Part shown: piece by piece, positions 57,223 through 64,000 of the stretch | Numbering within the stretch: position 1 is the first letter of the stretch | Layout: every line of letters begins with the position of its first letter | Assembly (NCBI GenBank): GCA_964524715.1 | Contig: CAZGGF010000002.1 | Coordinates: 11,630 to 75,629, forward strand | Length of the DNA: 64,000 nucleotides | Source: an uncultured Verrucomicrobiota bacterium | GTDB taxonomy: Bacteria; Verrucomicrobiota; Verrucomicrobiia; CAIQCK01 | Direction: 5' to 3' | Position numbers and translations under genes: made by a program | Notes under the pieces: model-generated | Seen by the model: the letters and a program-made list of their open reading frames with translations, nothing else | What the model was told of the DNA's origin: nothing | Database searches by the model: none

Positions 57223-57456
57223 TTATCGCTTCCCTGGGTACAACTCCTTCAATTCCACCTTTAACGCCTTCGCCAGCGTCCACAGCTCTGAATCAGACAC
57301 GCACCTCAACTGGGTTTCAATCTTGGCCAGTGTCACCCGGGTCAATTCCAAGCCCATCACGGTGCATTTCGCTGCGAACATCTCCTGCGTCAACCCCAGC
57401 TTGTCGCGGAGTTTTCGGATCTGCGGACCAACGACGTTTTGCTTGTGAGAGGCCAT
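57223..57456 (-). CDS. XRE/Cro-C1-type HTH repressor
   Basis: MASHKQNVVGPQIRKLRDKLGLTQEMFAAKCTVMGLELTRVTLAKIETQ…, 78 aa. Confidence 0.6.
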   Translation of the reverse strand: MASHKQNVVGPQIRKLRDKLGLTQEMFAAKCTVMGLELTRVTLAKIETQLRCVSDSELWTLAKALKVELKELYPGKR

Positions 57457-57458
57457 GT

Positions 57459-57519
57459 TTCCGAGTTCGGAACTTGACGGTATCGAAAAGCAGGCGTAAA
57501 AAGGTTCCGAGATTGGAAC
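57459..57519. promoter_or_regulatory. Divergent switch region with two operator-like inverted repeats
   Basis: TTCCGA-GT-TCGGAA at 57459-57472 and GTTCC-GAGATT-GGAAC at 57504-57519. They sit between the XRE gene on the minus strand and the plus-strand gene starting at 57523. Confidence 0.45.
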
Positions 57520-57522
57520 AAC

Positions 57523-57723
57523 ATGAGTCGCGGAAGGATAACCATGAGAACATCTGTCATTAAGCTGGGGATCTCTGCAATACTGCTGCTGTTCACGGTT
57601 GGGATCGTCATGGCAGCCGTTTACACCTACAAATGCCCGGCCTGTGGCCTCATTCAGCAATATGACCGGATCGGGGCTTACAAATGCCCCAAGGACGGGT
57701 TCATCATGGTTCTACAGCGATAG
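57523..57723 (+). CDS. Small membrane protein with CxxC…C zinc-ribbon-like tail
   Basis: TM helix ISAILLLFTVGIVMAAV, then YKCPACG…YKCPKDG. Confidence 0.4.
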   Translation: MSRGRITMRTSVIKLGISAILLLFTVGIVMAAVYTYKCPACGLIQQYDRIGAYKCPKDGFIMVLQR

Positions 57724-57726
57724 GGG

Positions 57727-58182
57727 TTGCGGAAAGAGATGGATTCGGAATGTAAAATTATCGAAACACAAACACAGACAGAGGATCGATCTATGAAACC
57801 AACTCAGATTGCGTTTACAATTGCGGCACTCGCCGGGCTTTTGTTCTTCTACGAAGTCAACGAAATCACAAATCTGAATGAAGAAGCAGCAGCGCTTAGG
57901 GCAAAAATTGACAGTCAGATAAATGTGGGATCTATAATTTCGTCAGGGATTAAGTCTATCGTTGATGGTTTCACACTTGGCATGTTTGCCGATGAAGGGA
58001 TATGGACCGAAACGAAGAAGTGGGAAAGGCTAGGCACGGAATTCTCAGTAGCTGCTGCACGGTTAGTAAGCCGGTATGAGACCGCTGTATTCCGTCGGAA
58101 CGGAGGGTTCATTTGTGGCGTAATTGCTTTGGTTGCAGGGTTCTATTTGAAACCCAAGGATGCTTCTGCGAGTGCAAGTTAA
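57727..58182 (+). CDS. Hypothetical membrane protein
   Basis: Two hydrophobic helices. Start uncertain (alternative MKPTQIAF…). Confidence 0.3.
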   Translation: MRKEMDSECKIIETQTQTEDRSMKPTQIAFTIAALAGLLFFYEVNEITNLNEEAAALRAKIDSQINVGSIISSGIKSIVDGFTLGMFADEGIWTETKKWERLGTEFSVAAARLVSRYETAVFRRNGGFICGVIALVAGFYLKPKDASASAS

Positions 58183-59170
58183 GTTGTCACACTACGTCAT
58201 CCCCAATGTTCTGGCGTTGATCCCCCGTTGTTGCCTGTTTTGCTGTCTTGTGTTGATCGCTCAAGCTGGGTTTGCAGGAGCGCCCAATTCCAAAACCGCC
58301 GAGCAAGGGGATGCAGACGCACAGTTCGCCCTGGGCCTCCGCTATTACAACGGCGATGGTGTCGCCAAAGATTTTTCCAAGGCCATGAAATTGTTCCGCA
58401 AAGCTGCGGAGCAAAACCACGCTGCCGCTCAATGCCACTTGGGGATCTGTTACTTTCTGGGTGAAGGCGTGGCCAAGAACGAGGCGGAAGGGCTGAGGTG
58501 GTATCGGAAAGCCGCTGATCAAGGACAAGCTAAGGCTCAATACATCCTCAGTTGTTGCTACGCAAATGGCCAAGGTGTGAAGAAGGACCAAGCCGAGGCC
58601 GTGAGGTGGTGTCGTAAATCAGCGGAGCAGGGAATTGTAGAAGCACAACTGGCTCTCGGAGGCTGCTACGCTCAAGGCAGAGGTGTTGCCGAGAGCACAG
58701 CCGATGCCGTGAAATGGTTTCGTAAATCGGCGGAGCAGAAATTCGCCGGAGGCCAATTTCAACTGGGGGTGTGCTACGAACAAGGATATGGCGTTGCTCA
58801 GAACATGGCCGAAGCCGTAAAGCTCTATCGCTTGGCAGGGGATCAAGGACACAGTGGAGCGCAATTCAACCTGGGCTGCTGCTATGCGCAAGGAAATGGT
58901 GTGGCAAAGGACATGGTGGAAGCTCTGAAATGGGTGCGCAAATCGGCAGAACAAGGCGATGCAATTGCCCAGAGCCGCCTCGCCAACTGCTATGCACAAG
59001 GCGATGGAGTGACCCAAAACCTCGTGGAAGCATACAAGTGGTTTAGCCTTGCAGGGAGAGGTGGAGATAAGAACGTCAAGGAAGCCCTTGCGATTCTGGC
59101 GCGAGACATGACTCCTGCTCAGATTACAGAAGCCAAACGCCTGGCCAAGGAATTCAGCATCCGAAAATGA
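58160..59170 (+). CDS. Secreted Sel1-repeat (SLR/TPR-like) protein
   Basis: At least 8 tandem 36-aa repeats of the form AQ(F/Y)xLGxCYxxGxGVxxxxxEAxKW(Y/F)RK-AAEQG. Confidence 0.75.
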   Translation: MLLRVQVKLSHYVIPNVLALIPRCCLFCCLVLIAQAGFAGAPNSKTAEQGDADAQFALGLRYYNGDGVAKDFSKAMKLFRKAAEQNHAAAQCHLGICYFLGEGVAKNEAEGLRWYRKAADQGQAKAQYILSCCYANGQGVKKDQAEAVRWCRKSAEQGIVEAQLALGGCYAQGRGVAESTADAVKWFRKSAEQKFAGGQFQLGVCYEQGYGVAQNMAEAVKLYRLAGDQGHSGAQFNLGCCYAQGNGVAKDMVEALKWVRKSAEQGDAIAQSRLANCYAQGDGVTQNLVEAYKWFSLAGRGGDKNVKEALAILARDMTPAQITEAKRLAKEFSIRK

Positions 59171-59313
59171 GATTGGGACACCCCTCCTCCTGAACCTCGG
59201 TAACAAGCTGGTATAATTTGTTGAAGGAAACCGTTTAGCGTTTCCACCCCGACCCGGTTCTCTTGATCCGGGTCTTTTTGTTTCCACCCACCAACCACAG
59301 GAGGTCCATTATC

Positions 59314-59505
59314 ATGTGCAGAGGTCATTATTCCCCCAAGCTGTCCCGCCCCCTCATTGCCAAGCTGTATCAAGCTGCCAAAGAAAAACACGTCCCCATG
59401 ACTGTGTTGGCTGAGCAAATCGTCTCAACAGGATTGGGCATGAAGCAAGAGCCAGGGCCAGTTGCAGCAGTTCACGAGCAACCCAGCCAATACCCCCAGC
59501 CGTAG
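59314..59505 (+). CDS. Small hypothetical protein (possible DNA-binding)
   Basis: Strong RBS AGGAGGTCC 6 nt upstream. MCRGHYSPKLSRPLIAKLYQAAKEKHVPMTVLAEQIVSTGL…. Confidence 0.4.
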   Translation: MCRGHYSPKLSRPLIAKLYQAAKEKHVPMTVLAEQIVSTGLGMKQEPGPVAAVHEQPSQYPQP

Positions 59506-59608
59506 TCCCCCTGAATCCCACCACCCAAAGTTTCAAGAAGCCTGGGCTCATCAAAAAAGGTGCCGTGTTTTTTGTTTTCACCCACAACCTCACTGAAAGG
59601 TCACACGA

Positions 59609-59839
59609 ATGTTCAGAAACAAGCGTCACATCCGCGCCAGAAACAACGAATGGATTCATGTCCACCGAGACCGAGGCAACAACAACAAATCATCCACAGG
59701 GCAGATCATCTACACGGTTCTTGGATGGCTGATCGTGGGAGCTGTCGCCTTTGAGATTTTGAAGGCAGTGCTGCCGTATCTGTTGGTCATCGTGATGATC
59801 GGCGGCGTCGGCTTTGCTTTCCTCAACTCCAGGAGATGA
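59609..59839 (+). CDS. Small hypothetical membrane protein
   Basis: Basic N-terminus, then one TM helix IIYTVLGWLIVGAVAFEIL… and another. Confidence 0.3.
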   Translation: MFRNKRHIRARNNEWIHVHRDRGNNNKSSTGQIIYTVLGWLIVGAVAFEILKAVLPYLLVIVMIGGVGFAFLNSRR

Positions 59840-59943
59840 CCCTGACCTGGCGCTTCTTGTCCTGCCTCCTCAACCACCCAACCCCACAGCGGGACACGCC
59901 AGGCATTTTCCGCAACCAACAACCAACGAAAGGAAATCGCATC

Positions 59944-60450
59944 ATGGCTATCGTATTTGAAGCCAACTACTCGAAGAAGCTGGGTCTTCCCGGTTTCAGT
60001 TCACATCAATATTCGGTCACAGTTCGCTGTGAAGTGGCCGACATCAAACAAGTCCCTGCCGAAAGCAACAGGCTCTACCGGCTCATGCAGGATTCGGTGG
60101 ACAAGGAGATCCAGAGCACCGGCTTCCTGCCCAACGGCAACGGAGGCAATGGAGGCAACGGCCGTCAGGAGCACAAGGACAACGGCAACGGCCAAGACGA
60201 CACTTGGGAATGCTCGGACAAGCAGAGGGATCTCATCCTCAAGATCGTCAACGAGAACGATCTCGATAAACAAGAAATCGAGTCGTTGGCTCAGGAACGG
60301 TTCAGCAAAGGCGTCAAGAAGCTCAACAAGTTGGAGGCATCCGGTCTCATCGAGGAGCTCTTGGAAAAGCATGGCGGCAAAGACAATGGCAACGGCCGCA
60401 CAACCCAACGACGGTATCCTTCCCGCCGTTACCAAGGAGCGTCCAAGTGA
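59944..60450 (+). CDS. Hypothetical protein with GNG-rich linkers
   Basis: 168 aa. The stop overlaps the GTG start of the nuclease gene. Confidence 0.45.
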   Translation: MAIVFEANYSKKLGLPGFSSHQYSVTVRCEVADIKQVPAESNRLYRLMQDSVDKEIQSTGFLPNGNGGNGGNGRQEHKDNGNGQDDTWECSDKQRDLILKIVNENDLDKQEIESLAQERFSKGVKKLNKLEASGLIEELLEKHGGKDNGNGRTTQRRYPSRRYQGASK

Positions 60451-61268
60451 TCGCACCGGCTGTTGCTCCACCAACACGGCAACCAACTACCAAGGATGTA
60501 GTGGATGAACTGTTGGAAACGGTATCCGCGACGAGGCTTCTGCTTTGGCAGCAGTGCCGCCTGAAGTTCTGGTTTCGCTACGTCCTCCGGCTCAAGAAAC
60601 CTCCGCAGTCGGCATTTCATGTTGGCAGCGTCGTCCATGTGATCCTCCAGGCATGGAACCTGGCGCGATGGCGGCACAGGTCGGTGGATGTCGAGGCTCT
60701 CAAGAAGCTGTTCCATCAGAACTGGCAGGAAAGCCTAGAAGGCAAGAAGATCAACTGGAAGGACGAGGAGGAAGAGCAGAAGACAACCGCATGGTCGTTG
60801 CTGGAAACCTACTTCAGGGACACGCCCATCACGCTGGACGAGAAGCCTGAAGCAGTCGAAGTCTCCGTGGAAGCCGATCTGTCGGAACACGGTTTGCCGA
60901 AGCTCATCGGCGTGATTGACCTGGTGAGGGCCGGTCGAAGGATCGTTGACTTCAAAACGGCGAGTCAGACACCAACGCCAGACAAAGCGGCTCACCTCAA
61001 TGAAATCCAGACCTCTTGCTACTCGGTCATGTATCGGGAAGCAACGGGAAGGATGGAATCGGGGATCGAACTCCATCACCTCGTCAAACTGAAAACACCG
61101 AAACTGGTGGTCACGCCGCTGGAGCCGATGAGTGATAGGCAGCGGTCACGCTTGTTCAAGATCATCGAGTCCTACGCTGCTGGACTTGACCGTGAGGACT
61201 TCGTGCCATCGCCGGGTTTGCATTGCTCCGGTTGTGAGTTCTTCAACGAGTGCCGTCGCTTCTGCTGA
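60447..61268 (+). CDS. PD-(D/E)XK nuclease (Cas4/RecB-exonuclease-like) with C-terminal Cys cluster
   Basis: …LLLWQQCRLKFWFRYVL… is the N-terminal RecB-like motif. The D…ExK signature lies in GVIDLV…IVDFKT. C-terminal CSGCEFFNEC. Confidence 0.6.
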   Translation: MIAPAVAPPTRQPTTKDVVDELLETVSATRLLLWQQCRLKFWFRYVLRLKKPPQSAFHVGSVVHVILQAWNLARWRHRSVDVEALKKLFHQNWQESLEGKKINWKDEEEEQKTTAWSLLETYFRDTPITLDEKPEAVEVSVEADLSEHGLPKLIGVIDLVRAGRRIVDFKTASQTPTPDKAAHLNEIQTSCYSVMYREATGRMESGIELHHLVKLKTPKLVVTPLEPMSDRQRSRLFKIIESYAAGLDREDFVPSPGLHCSGCEFFNECRRFC

Positions 61269-61393
61269 ACTGAAACATCAACCAACGGGAGAGCCAGTCC
61301 TGATTTCGGGACTGGCTCTTCTCATCTTCAAGAAAGGAGTCACATGCCGAAACTGCGTCACCCTCTGACCGTCATCATCACGAAAGGAACCAC

Positions 61394-62089
61394 ATGGAAA
61401 CGCAGACAATCAACTATCCGTTCACGGTCGAGCAATTCAACGCCTTGAGCCGTGAGCAAAGGGAAGCCGTGGAAGCCGTGGTGGAATACCTCAGCGACTT
61501 CCCTCTCAGCGAAGATCCCACCGACGAGGAAATCAGCATGTCATTGAACCTGCTCAAGGCGTGTGAGAGCAGCATTCCACCCGAGGAATTCGATGGCGAT
61601 ATTCTGGAAACCATCCGCAGGAAGTTCAGTGCGGTGTTCTGCGTTGGCCTTGAATTGGCAGATCAGGAACTCACCAAGCAGGGCTTCTCGCAGTTCGAGC
61701 AGTTCAGCTTCTGTCCGGTCATCGAGCCGTGTTTCGATGATGCCAGTCACGTCGTCATCGTGGATTACAAGCTGCCGGTCTGCTACCTGCACGAATGGCA
61801 CAAAGCATGGTGCTTCCACTTCAGCAATCTGGAGGAACTGGCGGAAGCGGTGCTCAACGTGAAGAACCATCTGGTTGTCCAGGTGAAACTGCGTCACACA
61901 CAGAAAGGCCCAATCGAGATGCTCAGGGACTTCGCGGATGTTGTTGAAGCCCATCTCGTGCATGGCGAAGGGGATTTGCCGCACTGGATCGCTGAAGCCC
62001 GGCTGGTCGTGGCGGAAGCCAGTGCAGATGCTGCGGAAGCAGTCCACCAGAAGAGGGTGTTGTGCGAAGAGCATCACTCGGCTCGTTGA
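61394..62089 (+). CDS. Hypothetical protein
   Basis: 231-aa acidic ORF. No recognisable domain. Confidence 0.4.
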   Translation: METQTINYPFTVEQFNALSREQREAVEAVVEYLSDFPLSEDPTDEEISMSLNLLKACESSIPPEEFDGDILETIRRKFSAVFCVGLELADQELTKQGFSQFEQFSFCPVIEPCFDDASHVVIVDYKLPVCYLHEWHKAWCFHFSNLEELAEAVLNVKNHLVVQVKLRHTQKGPIEMLRDFADVVEAHLVHGEGDLPHWIAEARLVVAEASADAAEAVHQKRVLCEEHHSAR

Positions 62090-62265
62090 CCAGTAAAGAT
62101 CAAGTCCAACCCAACCACACGGCCAATTGTGCTGCATGGTCAGGTATTAACAACGCAGCACACCCACCCCCGCCGGGCCAGGCACACCTTTCAGTCTTTG
62201 GTCCTTCACCAAGCCAACACTGGGGTTGTGTCTGGCCCGGCATCAACAAGAGAGGAAAAACCAAC

Positions 62266-63396
62266 ATGCTAACAATGCCCCAGAGAGGCCCGGCCCTTGA
62301 ATCCGGACCAACATCAAAGCCCGATGAAGCCCACCTGTATTTCAGGGAAGGCACATCGGACAAGGAATACCACGCGACGATTGAGCCGAAGGGCAGTTTG
62401 TTCATCGTCAACTTCGCCTACGGCCGCCGTGGAAGCACCCTTCAGACAGGCACGAAGACGCAAGAACCCGTGGACTACGAAACTGCCAAGAGAATCTTCG
62501 ACAAGCTGATGAAGGAGAAGATGGCCAAGGGATACACACCCGGCCCCAACGGAACGCCGCATCAACACAGCGACAAGGCCCGGCAGGTGTCGGGCATCTT
62601 GCCGCAGTTGCTCACACCTATTGAGGAGGCTGATGTGGAGCAATTCATCAACAACACCACGCACTGTGCTCAGGAGAAGTACGACGGCAAACGCGTCATC
62701 ATCCAGAAGCAGGAAGTAGCTTGTCACGGCATCAACAAGAAGGGCCTCATCATCGGGTTGCCTTCCGTGGTGCTTCACGAGATCCGAAACATCCCCGGTG
62801 TCTTCGTCATGGATGGCGAGAGCATTGGAGATATGTTCTACGCCTTCGATCTGCTGGAGCTGAATGGCGAGGATTTGAGGCCCTTGCCCTACAATCGTCG
62901 GTTGCTGGAACTGATGAACCTCCTGGCCTCGGCCCAACACCCTCACATCGAACTGGCAGAAACTGCGTTCACGCCACAGGAGAAGCGATGGCTGCTGGAA
63001 CGTCTCAAGAAGGAGAACCGGGAAGGCATCGTGTTCAAGAAACTCGATGCTCCGTATGTGGCCGGGAAACCCTGCTGCGGCTGTGGGCATCAGCTCAAGT
63101 GCAAGTTCTACGCCACGGCCTCATTCATCGTGGGCAGGATCAACGACAAGCGGAGCGTGATGTTGCAGCTCTACAGTGGCTCGATGCTGTTCAATTCGGG
63201 CAACGTCACCATCCCCGCCAACAAGCAGATTCCCCAATTGGGGAAAGTCGTCGAGGTCCGGTATCTCTACGCCTTCAGGGAGAGCGGTTGCGTCTATCAG
63301 CCGGTGTATCTGGAAGAGCGTGATGACATTGATCCGGCCGAATGCACGGTGGACCAGTTGAAATACAAACCCGCCGGCGCTGAGGACGAGTCGTAA
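62266..63396 (+). CDS. ATP-dependent DNA ligase with N-terminal WGR domain
   Basis: WGR-like …SDKEYHATIEPKGSLFIVNFAYGRRGSTLQTGTK…YETAKRIFDKLMKEKMAKGY. Ligase motif I is KYDGKR (AQEKYDGKRVIIQK). Downstream nucleotidyltransferase and OB-like regions. RBS AGAGGAAA. Confidence 0.65.
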   Translation: MLTMPQRGPALESGPTSKPDEAHLYFREGTSDKEYHATIEPKGSLFIVNFAYGRRGSTLQTGTKTQEPVDYETAKRIFDKLMKEKMAKGYTPGPNGTPHQHSDKARQVSGILPQLLTPIEEADVEQFINNTTHCAQEKYDGKRVIIQKQEVACHGINKKGLIIGLPSVVLHEIRNIPGVFVMDGESIGDMFYAFDLLELNGEDLRPLPYNRRLLELMNLLASAQHPHIELAETAFTPQEKRWLLERLKKENREGIVFKKLDAPYVAGKPCCGCGHQLKCKFYATASFIVGRINDKRSVMLQLYSGSMLFNSGNVTIPANKQIPQLGKVVEVRYLYAFRESGCVYQPVYLEERDDIDPAECTVDQLKYKPAGAEDES

Positions 63397-63488
63397 CCAT
63401 CAACAAGTAACCCAACAGTCAATCAACCCCGAGAGCCGGATGTGCCTCAATAGGTGCATCCGGCTTTTCATTTCCACAGGAGAACTAC

Positions 63489-64000
63489 ATGAACAACGAA
63501 ATCACACTGCCGCTCACTGAAATCAAATCCGTGTTGGCAGGTCTGGGCAAAGTGGTGAGCAAAACCCACTCCCTGCCCATCATCCAGGCCGTGAAGATCA
63601 CCAGAGACAAGGCAGGACAAGTGACCCTGCAAACAACCGATCTGGACAGCTTCGCCACATTCAGGCTGGAGAAGTCCCAGGAATCGAAACCGCTGACCGT
63701 CATCATTCCGTTCAAGGAGCTGGCGTCGGTCATCAAGAACAGCTCCGGCAGTGAGAGCATTGGTGTCGATCAAGCCACGGCCAATCAAGCAACGATCCGC
63801 TATGGCATTGGTTCGACCCCAATGCAGCAGAAGGTCGAGTCGTTCAAGCCGGAGGAATGGCCCACGGCACCGGAAACCCCAGGAGAAACCATCCTCCTGC
63901 CCAATGGGATGCGGGATGCGTTGCTTCAAGCAATGCAGTGCTCCAGCCACGATCCAACCCGCTACGTCATCAACGGGGCTTTCATTGACGTGTCGGACAA
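63489..64000 (+). CDS. DNA polymerase III beta sliding-clamp-like protein (5' part; runs off the window)
   Basis: MNNEITLPLTEIKSVLAGLGKVVSKTHSLPIIQAVKITRDKAGQVTLQTTDLD… resembles a DnaN N-terminal domain. RBS ACAGGAGAA. Confidence 0.5.
   Translation, partial: MNNEITLPLTEIKSVLAGLGKVVSKTHSLPIIQAVKITRDKAGQVTLQTTDLDSFATFRLEKSQESKPLTVIIPFKELASVIKNSSGSESIGVDQATANQATIRYGIGSTPMQQKVESFKPEEWPTAPETPGETILLPNGMRDALLQAMQCSSHDPTRYVINGAFIDVSD

Noticed and set aside
1-64000. CRISPR arrays and rRNA genes
   Set aside because: No regularly spaced direct repeats with unique spacers were seen and there are no cas genes. The Cas4-like nuclease is in a phage-like context. No rRNA-like conserved stretches were seen.

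Overview
This is a high-GC (about 60%) bacterial chromosomal window. Its gene content resembles a PVC-type genome (Verrucomicrobia/Planctomycetes-like): many secreted carbohydrate-active enzymes, DUF4838, a GH127-like protein and squalene-hopene cyclase. That taxonomic placement is inference only.

The window breaks into seven blocks.

- **0-12.5 kb, ordinary catabolic neighbourhood.** It holds a Dabb-fold protein, secreted hydrolases, an AGCS Na+/alanine symporter, a CE7 acetylxylan esterase, a short pyruvate kinase and a GH127-like protein.
- **12.9-14.6 kb.** A B12-binding radical-SAM gene is followed by tRNA-Pro(TGG) and a C10 homopolymer.
- **14.6-26 kb, a lower-GC module typical of an integrated replicon.** It carries a GDSL hydrolase, an excisionase-type HTH gene next to att-like repeats, a ParB-like DNA-binding protein, a zinc-finger primase-like protein, a D5/VirE-like P-loop primase-helicase, an AT-rich iteron/inverted-repeat ori-like region and several ORFans. 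No integrase or structural genes are visible.
- **26-30 kb, decayed DNA.** It contains frameshifted gene remnants, simple-sequence repeats, a G11 tract and a ceramidase-like secreted hydrolase. It also holds copy A of a ~70-nt structured repeat, which has two more copies at ~30.05 kb and ~51.15 kb.
- **30-51 kb.** The most unusual cassette is a small ORF translationally coupled to an 817-aa Rad50/SbcC-like ABC ATPase with a CxxC zinc hook and a C-terminal zinc-ribbon domain. It sits directly behind repeat copy B. Downstream are a lipoprotein, an H-NS-like basic tandem-repeat protein, a TetR/OMP operon, DUF2934/YHS genes, shc, an RND efflux operon, DUF4405, a thioredoxin with an SxxC active site behind a candidate sigma-54 promoter, and a divergent GAF-PP2C phosphatase / GAF-sigma54 activator pair.
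- **51.3-57.2 kb.** An inverted, ~96% identical second copy of the radical-SAM gene is followed by a TetR/nitroreductase operon and a junkyard of duplicated gene fragments interrupted by an IS630-family element with a TA target-site duplication.
- **57.2-64 kb, a phage-like module.** It has XRE repressors with operator palindromes, small membrane proteins, a Sel1-repeat protein, a Cas4-like PD-(D/E)XK nuclease, a WGR-domain ATP-dependent DNA ligase and a beta-clamp-like gene running off the window.

No CRISPR array or rRNA was seen. All domain calls rest on motif recognition by eye; none was checked against a database.
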